Shown piece after piece: positions 1 through 9,912 of a DNA stretch of 64,000 nt. The stretch comes from Actinomycetota bacterium (GTDB taxonomy: Bacteria; Actinomycetota; Acidimicrobiia; IMCC26256; JACPCJ01), in assembly GCA_016179865.1 (NCBI GenBank), contig JACPCJ010000106.1, forward strand, positions 8,950 to 72,949, read 5' to 3'. A program made the translations under genes and the position numbers. The notes beneath the pieces are model-generated. The model was not told where the DNA came from, did not search any database, and was given only the letters and a program-made list of their open reading frames with translations. Numbering within the stretch: position 1 is the first letter of the stretch; each line of letters starts with the position of its first letter.

Positions 1-2
1 GC

Positions 3-950
3 TACGAGGTCCACGACGAGCGCCATGGTGAGTTCTGGCTCGCGTCGTGCGGGGCGTTGATGGACGTCGAGCCCATGGGCGAGGAGTTCGTGCTTGCCAT
101 GTGCCACGACATCGAGGACCCGACCTTCGACGCCACCGCGTGTGCCACCAACCCCCGGGCCCGGGTGCGCCCGGTCCACCGCCCGCCCCGGGTCTCCGCC
201 GATGACCACCCGCACTGCCGCTGGACCGTCGACATCGACCCTGCGGTGCCGCCGATCCGAGAGCCCGAAGGGGCGCATCGGCTCGCGGGTTCGGCGGCGG
301 CCTCCGTGGAGCTCCGGCGTCCGGGCTGGGACGCTGGTGCGGGAGCACGCGACTACTCGGGACCCTTCGACCCTGAGCTCCACCTGGAGCGCTTTGACCG
401 CCCGACGCTGTCCCTCGTCCTGGAGGAGGTGTGCCTTCAGGGCCAGCTCCTCTCCCGATCGTTCATGCTCGCCCTCGAGGACCGCTTCGGGCGCGACGCC
501 GCCGCCCGGATCGGACGGAAACAGTCCACCGGCATCGCCGGGCTGACCGCCCGCCGGCTGGCCCGGTTCCTTGGATCCCCTCCCGGTCTCGACGGCATCG
601 CCCGTGTGCTGGCACTCCACCCTGCCTTCCTCCCGCGGGCGTACGTCGACTTCAGGATCGAGTCTGAGGATCGTCAGTTGTTGGTCTCGATGTACCCGTG
701 TCCCGCGCTCGACGAGGCGGACGGGCTGACCTGGGCCGCGCTGCTGCTGGGCGGCGACGAACCCCTCGCCGCCCTCGTCCAGGCCGTCGATCCTCGTGCG
801 GGCGTCACCCGCGCTCCATCACCCCACGGCGACGCCGCCGCGACGTGGTTGGTTCAGGTCGACGCCGCTGCGCCACCCGCCCCCGAGCCGCCCGAAGTGG
901 CGGTGACGCTCTTCAGCACCGGCGCCGACTTCCGGTTCAGCCCCGGCTGA
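3..950 (+). CDS. Conserved actinobacterial hypothetical protein, 5' truncated by the window edge
   Basis: Frame is open from base 3 (YEVHDERHGEFWLASCGALMDVEP...MCHDIEDPTFDATA) to TGA at 948-950; codon usage fits the genome. Confidence 0.75.
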   Translation, partial: YEVHDERHGEFWLASCGALMDVEPMGEEFVLAMCHDIEDPTFDATACATNPRARVRPVHRPPRVSADDHPHCRWTVDIDPAVPPIREPEGAHRLAGSAAASVELRRPGWDAGAGARDYSGPFDPELHLERFDRPTLSLVLEEVCLQGQLLSRSFMLALEDRFGRDAAARIGRKQSTGIAGLTARRLARFLGSPPGLDGIARVLALHPAFLPRAYVDFRIESEDRQLLVSMYPCPALDEADGLTWAALLLGGDEPLAALVQAVDPRAGVTRAPSPHGDAAATWLVQVDAAAPPAPEPPEVAVTLFSTGADFRFSPG

Positions 951-1149
951 GGGCTCGCTGAATCGGGGCCTTGGTCTTCCGCGACCGGCCCTTGATGTTC
1001 CAAACACCACTGACCGCGCAATCCGTTCGCGCCCCTGACTGTCGCCGTGCATCCGCGCGCGCCCGGGCGATGGGAGTGCTGAGTGGTGCCTCCCCCCTGC
1101 CACTGAGACAGCAACACCAGCCAGCGACACACCCCGAAAGGAGGTCCGT

Positions 1150-1323
1150 ATGCACGGACTCACGACATGGATCAGCGAGAGGGTTCGCGACGACGAGACG
1201 GGTGCCACCGCGGTCGAATACGGCCTCCTCGCGGCGCTCATCGCCGTCGTCATGGCGGTCGGTGCGGCGTTCCTGGGCGAACAGCTCAAGGCGCTGTTCG
1301 ACTTCATCGGCGGATCCCTCTAG
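1150..1323 (+). CDS. flp: Flp family type IVb pilin (57 aa; not in the ORF track)
   Basis: MHGLTTWISERVRDDETG|ATAVEYGLLAALIAVVMAVGAAFLGEQLKALFDFIGGSL has the G|xxxxEY prepilin/Flp motif; strong SD (AAAGGAGG) just upstream; first gene of the tad cluster. Confidence 0.95.
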   Translation: MHGLTTWISERVRDDETGATAVEYGLLAALIAVVMAVGAAFLGEQLKALFDFIGGSL

Positions 1324-1386
1324 CCCGAAGGGATGGGCATCCGCCGGGAGCCCGCAGAGGGCTCCCGGCGGCTGCCACCGTCGCCG

Positions 1387-1788
1387 ATGAACTTCCGCAG
1401 AGACGAGCGGGGCGTCGTGGCCGTGGAACTGGCCTTCGTCCTCCCCATCCTCGTCCTCCTCCTCTTCGGGATCGTGGAGTGCGCCATCACCTACAACCGC
1501 GCCCAGGCCCTCCACGCCGCCGCCCGAGAGGGCGCCCGCGTCGCGTCGCAGTCGTACGCCACGTCGGGCGAGATCGAGGCCCGGGTCCGCGACGCACTGG
1601 AGCCCATCTCCTTTGCCAACCCCGTGGCCGTGGTGATCTCCCCCTCCTCCGGGCGGCCCTGCAACCTGCGCACCGGGGCGCCCGTCACCGTTTCCGTGAC
1701 CGTCGACGACGAGGTTGACATCCCCTTGTGGCCGTCCAGCCCGATGACGGTGACCCTCGAAGGCAAGGGCGAGTTCCGATGCGAGTGA
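1387..1788 (+). CDS. tadE: TadE-like pseudopilin
   Basis: DERG|VVAVELAFVLPILVLLLFGIVE...AAREGAR motif. Confidence 0.9.
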   Translation: MNFRRDERGVVAVELAFVLPILVLLLFGIVECAITYNRAQALHAAAREGARVASQSYATSGEIEARVRDALEPISFANPVAVVISPSSGRPCNLRTGAPVTVSVTVDDEVDIPLWPSSPMTVTLEGKGEFRCE

Positions 1789-2741
1789 ACGGTTTGGCCG
1801 ACGAGAGCGGGATCTCGGTGCTCATGGTGTCGGTCTCGATCATCGCCCTCTTCGGGTCGGCCTCCATCGCCGTCGACCTCGGCAACCTTTGGATGACCCG
1901 GCGCCACGTCATCGTGGCCGCCGCCGCCGCCGCCCTCGCCGCCGCCTCCGACTACGCCGTCGGCCAAGACGGCTGCGCCGTTGCTCCGGACTACGTCTCC
2001 CGCAACGACTCCGACGCCACCCTCACCGGCTGCGGCGGCGTGCCGACGGGGCCGACGTCGGGCTACGTCACCGTCGACGCCCAGACGCCCGTCGACTACG
2101 CGTTTGCCGGGGTGATCGGCTTTCCCGACCGTCCGGTGGACGCGGGCACGGCGGCGGCGTGGGGCGTGCCCGCCGGGGTGGCCGGCCTGCGGCCTTTCGG
2201 GCTCTGCAAGGACGACCCCAGCTTCGCCGCCTGGGCCGCCAATCCGAGTGGCATCTCTCCGCCGGCGCGGGTGCCCTACACCAACAACCCGACCGATTGC
2301 GGAGGGGCTCCGGGGAACTGGGGGATCATCGACCTCGACGACGTCCGTCCGGTCGCCAACGACGACATCAAGGAATGGACCCGCTACGGGTACCCCGGCT
2401 TCGTGCGCCCCGGCCACGTCGGCGGCGACACGGGGGCGCTTTCCAACAGCCTCGACGACGCGCTCGCCGCCGTCCGCCAGCAGCGTTTCCCGATCCCGGT
2501 GTTCGACCGGGTGGTGGGCGAGGGATCGAACGCCCGCTTCCACATCATCGGCTTCGTCGGCATCCAACTCGTGAACTGGAAGACGACCGGCGCCGAGCAG
2601 ACCCGGTACCTCGAGGTGCGCTTTACCGAGATGGTGGCGTCGGGGGAGTGCTGCGATCCCGGGGCGACTGACTACGGCCTGCGCGCCGTCCACATTTGCG
2701 AGGTCGACCCGAGCTTCGACCCCGCCCACTGCCAGTCCTGA
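1779..2741 (+). CDS. tadG: TadG-like pilus assembly protein
   Basis: DESG|ISVL prepilin-like N-terminus, AVDLG...AAALAAA motif, Cys-containing C-terminal region. Confidence 0.8.
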   Translation: MRVNGLADESGISVLMVSVSIIALFGSASIAVDLGNLWMTRRHVIVAAAAAALAAASDYAVGQDGCAVAPDYVSRNDSDATLTGCGGVPTGPTSGYVTVDAQTPVDYAFAGVIGFPDRPVDAGTAAAWGVPAGVAGLRPFGLCKDDPSFAAWAANPSGISPPARVPYTNNPTDCGGAPGNWGIIDLDDVRPVANDDIKEWTRYGYPGFVRPGHVGGDTGALSNSLDDALAAVRQQRFPIPVFDRVVGEGSNARFHIIGFVGIQLVNWKTTGAEQTRYLEVRFTEMVASGECCDPGATDYGLRAVHICEVDPSFDPAHCQS

Positions 2742-2775
2742 ACGACCCAGACCACGCGAGCAACAGGAGTCCACG

Positions 2776-3633
2776 GTGCGACGTCGTGAACGAAATCAGT
2801 TCGAAGCCAAGCCCAAGGAGCCGGGCGGCCGGCGGGTACGAGGCGCCGTCGCCGCCATCGTCCTGGCGTCGGTCGGAGCCGTGGGGCTCGTGACCTTCGT
2901 CAAGGGCGCCGAGGACCGCGCCCTGGCCGGTGAGCGCTTGGTCACCGTCTTCGTGGTGAAGGACCGCGTCGAGGCGGGGACGCCGGCCGAGGAGATCAAG
3001 GGCCACGTTCGCACTGAGCGTGTTCCGGCCAAGGTGCGCGCCCGCGGAGCCGTCACCGACATCGAGAGCCTCGGAGGCCGGGTGGCGAGCGTCGACCTCG
3101 TGGCCGGCGAACAGGTGACCGTCGAGCGGTTCATCTCTCCTGAGGTGTTCGGCCGCACCGGTGGCCAGGTCGACATCCCCGAGGGCAAGCTCGAAGTCAC
3201 CGTCTCGCTCGAGCCGCAGCGGGCCGTGGGCGGCGTGCTGCGGCCCGGGAGCACGGTGGCGGTGCTGGCGTCGTTCGAGCCCTTCGACGTGTCGGGCGGC
3301 ACCGACGTCGACGGTGCGTCCGTCCCCGCGGGGGGCAAGACGCCGAACTCCACCCACCTCATCCTCCACAAGGTGGTGGTGACCAACGTGCAGTCGGCCC
3401 AGACCTTCAGCTTCGGGATGGGCGAGGGTCAATCGGGAGCCGGGGCAGACGAGGACGGCGAGACCGCTCCGGCGCCGTCGGAAAGCCTGCTTGTGACCAT
3501 GGCGCTCGACGCCCCCGCTGTCGAGCAGGTGGTTTTCGCCGCCGAGCACGGCACGGTGTGGTTGGCCATCGAACCGACTGACGCCCCCGAGGAGGGGACC
3601 CGCGTTCAGACCAGAGGGACGATCTACGAATGA
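2776..3633 (+). CDS. cpaB: Flp pilus assembly protein CpaB/RcpC (SAF domain)
   Basis: N-terminal TM helix, SAF-like region, AVGGVLRPG motif; position in tad operon. Confidence 0.88.
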   Translation: MRRRERNQFEAKPKEPGGRRVRGAVAAIVLASVGAVGLVTFVKGAEDRALAGERLVTVFVVKDRVEAGTPAEEIKGHVRTERVPAKVRARGAVTDIESLGGRVASVDLVAGEQVTVERFISPEVFGRTGGQVDIPEGKLEVTVSLEPQRAVGGVLRPGSTVAVLASFEPFDVSGGTDVDGASVPAGGKTPNSTHLILHKVVVTNVQSAQTFSFGMGEGQSGAGADEDGETAPAPSESLLVTMALDAPAVEQVVFAAEHGTVWLAIEPTDAPEEGTRVQTRGTIYE

Positions 3634-4877
3634 CTGAGTCGACGATCACCCAAGCCGCGTCCGTGGTCGTGGCCACGCCGGTTGAAGCCTTCGAGGCACG
3701 CGTTCGTCAGGTCCTCACGCCCGAGGGCGGTGAACCTGTCAACGGCGAGGTGCGCCGGTGGGGCGACGGCCTCGACGATCCCGATCCCGCCAGCACGGTC
3801 GACGCCATCGCCGCCCTCGGTCCTGACGTGGTCGCGATCGGGCCCGGCCTGGCCTTTGACGACTGGGTCCGGCTGGCCGAGGCCTTCGACCGCCAGCACC
3901 CCGAGATCGACCTGGTGTTGTTCGCCGAGCCCACTCCTCGCCTCTACGAGGTAGCCCTCCGCACGGGCGTGCGCCAGGTCGTCCCACCCGAGGCCGACGA
4001 CGACGACGTGCGGGCGGCCCTCGAAGAGGCCCTGGCCACGGCGGGCCGACGACGTGCCAACCTGCTCGGGGTGCCCGTCTCCGGCCCCAAGGGCCACGTG
4101 GTGGCGATCGTCGGACCCAAGGGGGGCGTGGGGAAGACCACCATCGCCACCAACCTCGCCGTCGGCCTGGCCGCCATCGCGCCCCGGGAGGTCGTGCTGA
4201 TCGACCTCGACCTCCAGTTCGGTGACGTCGCCCACGCCCTGCGCATCGACCCCGACCGCACCATCGCCGACGCCCTGCGCTTCGACGCCTACCGCGACAT
4301 CACCTCGCTCAAGGCATTTCTGACGCCCCACCCCAGCGGCGCCTACGTGTTGTGTGCTCCCGACTCGCCTGCAGCCGTCGACGAGATCGAGGCCGAGCGG
4401 GTGGGGCAGGTGGTGCGCATGATCGGCGAGGCCTTTCCGTACGTCGTGGTTGACACGGCGTCGGGCCTCGACGAGTTCATGCTCGCCGGAGCCGAGGCCG
4501 CCACCGATCTCGTCATGGTGGGTGTGACCGACGTGCCGTCCGTTCGGAGCATGCGCAAGGAGGCCGAGGCGCTCGACCGCATCGGCATGACGACCCAGGC
4601 CCGACACTTCGTCCTCAACCGAGCCGACCGAGAAGTCGGGCTGTCGCTCAGCGACATCGAGGAGACGGTCGGCATGCCCGTCGACGTTGCCGTGCCCAGC
4701 TCCGTGATCGTCACCGTGTCGGTGAACCAGGGCATCCCGATCGTGGCCCAGGCCGAGGCGTCACCACCCAAGGACGCGCTGCTGCGTCTCGTCGGGCGCT
4801 TTGCCGAGGTGCCCGTTGTCATGCCCAAGGGTCGGTTCGCACGTCGCAAGGAAGAGAGGAAGGGGAAGGATCGATGA
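3630..4877 (+). CDS. cpaE: CpaE/TadZ MinD-like ATPase with degenerate receiver domain
   Basis: GPKGGVGKTT deviant Walker A, DLDLQFGD motif. Confidence 0.9.
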   Translation: MTESTITQAASVVVATPVEAFEARVRQVLTPEGGEPVNGEVRRWGDGLDDPDPASTVDAIAALGPDVVAIGPGLAFDDWVRLAEAFDRQHPEIDLVLFAEPTPRLYEVALRTGVRQVVPPEADDDDVRAALEEALATAGRRRANLLGVPVSGPKGHVVAIVGPKGGVGKTTIATNLAVGLAAIAPREVVLIDLDLQFGDVAHALRIDPDRTIADALRFDAYRDITSLKAFLTPHPSGAYVLCAPDSPAAVDEIEAERVGQVVRMIGEAFPYVVVDTASGLDEFMLAGAEAATDLVMVGVTDVPSVRSMRKEAEALDRIGMTTQARHFVLNRADREVGLSLSDIEETVGMPVDVAVPSSVIVTVSVNQGIPIVAQAEASPPKDALLRLVGRFAEVPVVMPKGRFARRKEERKGKDR

Positions 4878-6307
4878 AACTCGGAGAGCGACTGAAGCAG
4901 GTCGAGGTCGAGGAGGCGTCGTCGTCGACCCGCCCGCAACTGGTCTCGAATGACCCCGCCGCCTGGGGCCGCGCCCACGCCCCGGCCGGGCCCCGGTCGG
5001 TGGACGCCCTCGACGACCTGAAGCAGCGGACCCAGCAGGCGCTCTTCGCACGCCTCGGGTCGCGCCTGTACGACTCGTCGCTGGACGCCGACGCCCTCCA
5101 CACCATGGTGATGGACGAGCTCGAGGAGCTGATGGCCGAGGAGGAGATCCCCCTCACGGTCGAGGAGCGCCAGCGGATCGTCGCCGAGATCAGCCAGGAC
5201 GTCCTGGGCTATGGGCCCCTCGAGCGCTACCTGGCCGACCCGAGCGTCACCGAGATCATGGTGAACACGGCGGACTCCATCTACATCGAGCGCGACGGGA
5301 AGATCGTGCCCACCCCATCGCGGTTCTTCAGCGACGAGCACCTGCGCCGAGCCATCGAGCGGATCGTCTCGCAGGTGGGGAGGCGGATCGACGAGTCGTC
5401 GCCCATGGTCGACGCCCGCCTCGCCGACGGGTCCCGGGTCAACGCCATCATCCCCCCGCTTTCGGTGGACGGGCCGATGCTCACGATCCGGAAGTTCTCC
5501 CGCAAGGCTCTGTCGACCGACGACCTCGTCGCCATCGGGACGCTCACCCCTGACACCGTCGAGTTTCTGTCCGCCTGCGTGAACGGGCGGCTCAACGTGC
5601 TCGTCAGCGGGGGCACCGGTGCCGGGAAGACCACCCTCCTCAACGTCCTCTCGTCGTTCATCCCCGAAGACGAACGCATCGTCACCATCGAAGACTCCGT
5701 CGAGCTGCGGATGCACCAGGAGCACCTGGTGCGGCTCGAGAGCCGGCCGCCCAACATCGAGGGGAAGGGCCAGGTTGCCATCCGCGACCTGGTGCGCAAC
5801 TCGCTGCGCATGCGGCCCGATCGGATCATCGTCGGCGAGGTCCGGGGCGGCGAGGCCCTCGACATGCTCCAGGCCATGAACACGGGGCACGACGGCTCGC
5901 TCTCGACCCTTCACGCCAATTCCCCGCGCGACGCCCTCTCGCGGCTGGAGACCATGGTGCTGATGGCGGGAATGGACCTGCCGGTGCGGGCCATCCGGGA
6001 ACAGATCGCCTCGGCCATCGACCTCGTCGTGCACATGTCGCGCCTTCGGGACGGCACCCGTCGGGTTACCCACGTCTCCGAGGTCGGCTACATGGAGGGC
6101 GAGGTCATCTCGCTCTCCGACATCTACCTGTTCGACTACGGGGCCGGCATCGACGACCGGGGACGGTTCATCGGCACGATGAAGCCCACGGGCTTGCGGC
6201 CGGCCTTCAGCGACAAACTCGAACAACTCGGCATCGCCCTGCCCGCGGGCGTGTTCGGCGTGGACGACGCCGTCGCCCTGCTCGAGGAGATGAGGAACTA
6301 CCGGTGA
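4874..6307 (+). CDS. tadA: Pilus assembly ATPase CpaF/TadA
   Basis: GGTGAGKTT Walker A, TIEDSVEL, LRMRPDRIIVGEVRG, NTGHDGS motifs. Confidence 0.95.
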   Translation: MKLGERLKQVEVEEASSSTRPQLVSNDPAAWGRAHAPAGPRSVDALDDLKQRTQQALFARLGSRLYDSSLDADALHTMVMDELEELMAEEEIPLTVEERQRIVAEISQDVLGYGPLERYLADPSVTEIMVNTADSIYIERDGKIVPTPSRFFSDEHLRRAIERIVSQVGRRIDESSPMVDARLADGSRVNAIIPPLSVDGPMLTIRKFSRKALSTDDLVAIGTLTPDTVEFLSACVNGRLNVLVSGGTGAGKTTLLNVLSSFIPEDERIVTIEDSVELRMHQEHLVRLESRPPNIEGKGQVAIRDLVRNSLRMRPDRIIVGEVRGGEALDMLQAMNTGHDGSLSTLHANSPRDALSRLETMVLMAGMDLPVRAIREQIASAIDLVVHMSRLRDGTRRVTHVSEVGYMEGEVISLSDIYLFDYGAGIDDRGRFIGTMKPTGLRPAFSDKLEQLGIALPAGVFGVDDAVALLEEMRNYR

Positions 6308-8262
6308 CGCGCGCCCTGGTCAGGCGCCGACGCCGGCGACGCTGGCCCACGCTGGGCTGGCGCCGGGCGCTGGTGTTTTTCAGCGCTTGGGCGCTCGTGG
6401 TCGACCTCGCGGCGGCGCAGGCGGCCGCCGCCCAGACCAAGGCGCCCCTGGAGTTGGTCGACCTGGACACGACCTCGCGGCCCTACGTGACGGTCACCGT
6501 GGCCGTTCCGCGCGAGCTCGCCGCCGCTGAGCTCGGGCCCCAGAACTTCACGGTCACGGAGGACGGCGAGCCGCGGAAGGCCGCCGTGACCCGCGTCCCC
6601 GGCGACACCCTGGAGGTCGTCCTCGTCATCGACGCCTCCGGCAGCATGCTCGGCGAGCCGCTGGCGGCGGCCAAGGCGGCGGCCCAGGGCTTCGTGGCCG
6701 CCATGCCCGCCGGGACGCGCATCGCCGTGGTGGGTTTCGGCAACGCACCCGACGTCGTGGCCGGCTTTGGCCGCGACGAGCTGACGGCGGCGATCGACGG
6801 GCTGACGGCCAAGGGCGAGACCGCGCTCTACGACGCCGTGGTGACGGGGGTCGAGCAGTTCGCTGCCGGTGGCGAGGGCGCCGCCCGCCGCTACACCGTC
6901 CTCCTCTCGGACGGGGGCGACACGGCGAGCGCCCGGACCATCGAAGAGGCGGTGGCGGCGCTGACGGCGGCCGACACTGGGTTCTCCGCCGTGGCCCTGG
7001 CGACGGCGGAGAGCGACCTCGGTGCCCTCGGCCAGCTCGCTCAGGCCACCGGCGGCAAGGTGGTCGCCGCCAGCGACCCGTCAGAACTGGCAGCCGCATA
7101 CGACGCCATCGCCGGGAAGATCGTCAACCAGTACGAGGTGCGATATCGATCGGAGGCCGAGGGCAAGACGCGTGTCGAGGTGGAGGTCGCGGCCGACGGG
7201 GTCGTCGCCGAGTGGCGGGACACCGTCGACTTCGACCCGCTCCCGGCGCCGGAGATGGCCCCGGCACCCGAGCCGCCCCGACCCTCCAGCGCCGGCGGCC
7301 CCGGGCTCTGGGCACAGGCTTGGTGGCTGTACATCGGCGTCGTGCCCGTTGGCCTCGCGCTCTTCATCGCCTCCTGGCTGCTCCTCGCGACCCGCCGACC
7401 CCGACCGCGCAGGCGGCTCGCCCGCGAACTGGGCGTTGGCGCCGACGCGGCGCCCTCCGCCTTCACCGGCCTCAGCGAGCGGGCCAGCGCGCTGGCGGAG
7501 CGGGTCCTGGCCCGCGGAGGGCGGTCGAGCCGGCTCAACGCCGCGCTGGAACGGGCCGGCCTCATGGTGCGCCCGGGCGAGTTCGTGGTGGCGGCGGGGA
7601 GTGTGGTCATCGCCGGCTCGGCGGCTGCGCTCCTCGTCTTCGGTGCACTTGGCGCCGTCGTGGTGACCGGTGGGCTGGGGGCAGCAGCGTGGTTCGGCCT
7701 GGCCGGCGCTGCCCGCCGTCGCCAGCGCCGCCTCGCCGACCAACTCGGCGACACCCTGCAGCTTCTGGCCGGGAGTCTGCGCAGCGGCCACGGGCTCATC
7801 CAGGCGCTCGACATGGTGACCCGGGAGGCGGAATCTCCCACGGCCGAGGAGTTCCACCGGGTGATCGTGGAGGCACGTCTCGGTCGAGACCTCTCCGACG
7901 CCCTCGACGCCCTCGCTCGCCGCTCCGGCAGCGAAGACATGGAGTGGGTGGTTCAGGCCATCCGCATTCACCGGGAGGTCGGCGGCGACCTGGCCGAGAT
8001 CCTCGACCGGGTCGGCGAGACGATCCGCGACCGCAACCGCGTGCGGGGTCAAGTGCGGTCGCTGACCGCCGAGGGCCGCCTGTCGGCCATCATCCTCATG
8101 GCGTTGCCCTTCCTGGTCGGGGCCTGGATGTGGTTCACCAACCGTCCGTACGTCGCCGAGCTGTTCGAGCGATCCGAAGGGCGGATGCTGCTGGGCGTCG
8201 GCGGGTTCCTCATGACGATGGGAGCCGTGGTGATGAAGCGGCTCGTGAAACCGGAGTTCTGA
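6304..8262 (+). CDS. tadB: TadB (T2SS F-family) fused to an N-terminal VWA domain
   Basis: DASGSM MIDAS motif, TALYDA and LLSDG in the N-terminal half; C-terminal T2SSF region (GSLRSG...GGDLAEILD...TAEGRLSA). Confidence 0.88.
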   Translation: MTRALVRRRRRRRWPTLGWRRALVFFSAWALVVDLAAAQAAAAQTKAPLELVDLDTTSRPYVTVTVAVPRELAAAELGPQNFTVTEDGEPRKAAVTRVPGDTLEVVLVIDASGSMLGEPLAAAKAAAQGFVAAMPAGTRIAVVGFGNAPDVVAGFGRDELTAAIDGLTAKGETALYDAVVTGVEQFAAGGEGAARRYTVLLSDGGDTASARTIEEAVAALTAADTGFSAVALATAESDLGALGQLAQATGGKVVAASDPSELAAAYDAIAGKIVNQYEVRYRSEAEGKTRVEVEVAADGVVAEWRDTVDFDPLPAPEMAPAPEPPRPSSAGGPGLWAQAWWLYIGVVPVGLALFIASWLLLATRRPRPRRRLARELGVGADAAPSAFTGLSERASALAERVLARGGRSSRLNAALERAGLMVRPGEFVVAAGSVVIAGSAAALLVFGALGAVVVTGGLGAAAWFGLAGAARRRQRRLADQLGDTLQLLAGSLRSGHGLIQALDMVTREAESPTAEEFHRVIVEARLGRDLSDALDALARRSGSEDMEWVVQAIRIHREVGGDLAEILDRVGETIRDRNRVRGQVRSLTAEGRLSAIILMALPFLVGAWMWFTNRPYVAELFERSEGRMLLGVGGFLMTMGAVVMKRLVKPEF

Positions 8263-8265
8263 TCG

Positions 8266-9192
8266 ATGCTCGATCTCCCGCTTCCTGTCTACGGATACGT
8301 CGGCGCCGTCGTGCTCTCTGTTCCCGTGCTGTGGTGGTCGGTGGCGAGCGCCGACCCGCCCGGCCACCTCGTGCGGACGAACCTCATTCGGGGGAGGGCG
8401 CGGCCGAGCGACGTGCGCGAGGTCGAGCTGACCCGGTCGGCCCGGGAACGCCTGCTCGAACCGATCCTGGGGCTGTGCTCGCGCACCGCCCGCCGTCTGG
8501 TGCCCTCGACGATGGTGACGTCGCTCGAGAACCGGATCGCCCGAGCGGGGATGACGGGGCGATGGCCGGTCGAGCGGGCGCTGGCCATGAAGCTGATCAT
8601 CGGGCTGAGCGGGTTCGGCGTGGGCCTCCTGGCCATCGCCTCGAATCCGTCCCCCCGGTCGGTGCTCCTGACTGTGGCCCTCGCCGGCGCCGGTTCGAGC
8701 GCCCCCGAGATCTTGCTCGCCCAGCGGGCCCGGGCGCGCCAGGCCGTTGTCCTCCGCAAGCTGCCGGACACGCTCGACGAAATCACCATCAGCGTCGAGG
8801 CCGGGCTCGGCTTCGAAGCAGCCATGGCCGAGGCGGGCCGGTCGGGGAGCGGGCCCCTGGCTGAGGAATTGATCCGCACGTTGCAGGACATCCAGCTCGG
8901 GGTGCCCCGCTCTGCGGCCCTGTCCAACTTGGTGAACCGCACCGACGTGCCCGACCTCCGGCACTTCGTGATCGCCGTCCGTCAGGCTGAGCAGTACGGC
9001 GTGCCCATCGCCCAGGTGTTGCGGGTGCAGTCGAAGGAGATGCGTGAGCGGCGCCGCCAGCGGGCCGAGGAGCGGGCCATGAAGATGCCGGTCAAGATCC
9101 TCATTCCGACCGTCTTCTTCATCCTTCCTGCCCTCTTCATCGTCATCCTCGGGCCCGCCGTCCTCCGCCTCGCCGACAGCCTGGGCCGGTGA
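8266..9192 (+). CDS. tadC: TadC (T2SS F-family)
   Basis: LPDTLD...VEAGLGFEAA...AEERAMKMPVKILIP motifs. Confidence 0.92.
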   Translation: MLDLPLPVYGYVGAVVLSVPVLWWSVASADPPGHLVRTNLIRGRARPSDVREVELTRSARERLLEPILGLCSRTARRLVPSTMVTSLENRIARAGMTGRWPVERALAMKLIIGLSGFGVGLLAIASNPSPRSVLLTVALAGAGSSAPEILLAQRARARQAVVLRKLPDTLDEITISVEAGLGFEAAMAEAGRSGSGPLAEELIRTLQDIQLGVPRSAALSNLVNRTDVPDLRHFVIAVRQAEQYGVPIAQVLRVQSKEMRERRRQRAEERAMKMPVKILIPTVFFILPALFIVILGPAVLRLADSLGR

Positions 9193-9351
9193 CAGCTTCG
9201 GGCGTCTCGGCAGGATTCGAGTCCCGCCCCGCTGCCGATACACCCGCCGATGGGGAAGGGCCGCGGCGCAGATCTTCCGGGGGGGCCGTGCATCGAGGCC
9301 CCGTCGAGCGATGGGTCGGGCGGGAGGCCATCGACTCATGAAACGGGCTCG

Positions 9352-9912
9352 ATGCCAGGACGCACCGCTCGCAAGACCCGATCCGCGCCGGCGCTCACGC
9401 CCGCCGAGGTCAAGGGTTTGGTTGCGTCCGCGCGCCAGGGCGATCGGGACGCCTTTGGGATGCTTTATGAGGAATATCGACGCCGAATCTTCAACCTGGC
9501 GCGGTTCTCCCTCCCGTTCGCGGCGGCCGAAGACGTGGTGGCTGAGACGTTCGTGCGAGCGTGGGTGGCCCTGCCCCGTTACCGCGACGTGGGAGTGCCC
9601 TTCGTCGCTTGGCTGTACGGCATCGCCCGCCACGTTGTGGCCGACGCCCAGCGGGTCGGGTGCCGGGTTGAGCCCCGAGCGGAGCCCCGCCTCGACGTCG
9701 TGGAGCCGAGGGACCACGACCTGGACCGCCTCACCCTCGGCGCCGCCCTCGATCGGCTTCCTGACGAGCAGCGGCGCGTGATCGAACTCAAATTTTTGGC
9801 CGGCCTCACCAACGGCGAGGTCGCGGCGGCGTTGGGCAAGACCCCGGGGGCAGTGAACACGCAGCAGTGGCGTGCCCTCGCCACGCTCCGGACATTTCTG
9901 GAGGAAGCATGA
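9352..9912 (+). CDS. ECF RNA polymerase sigma factor
   Basis: GDRDAFGMLYEEY, AEDVVAETF, FVAWLYGIARH region 2 and a region-4 HTH; start uncertain (9250 or 9352). Confidence 0.9.
   Translation: MPGRTARKTRSAPALTPAEVKGLVASARQGDRDAFGMLYEEYRRRIFNLARFSLPFAAAEDVVAETFVRAWVALPRYRDVGVPFVAWLYGIARHVVADAQRVGCRVEPRAEPRLDVVEPRDHDLDRLTLGAALDRLPDEQRRVIELKFLAGLTNGEVAAALGKTPGAVNTQQWRALATLRTFLEEA

Noticed and set aside
951-1149. Possible c-di-GMP riboswitch upstream of flp
   Set aside because: No GEMM-I (GGCAAAC...GAAA...GGGACGCAAAGC) or GEMM-II signature is recognisable
7081-9717. Long antisense or alternate-frame ORFs (e.g. 7081-9717, 4343-6226, 37080-39095, 56779-58992)
   Set aside because: Shadow ORFs typical of very high-GC DNA; they overlap well-supported genes and have no recognisable motifs
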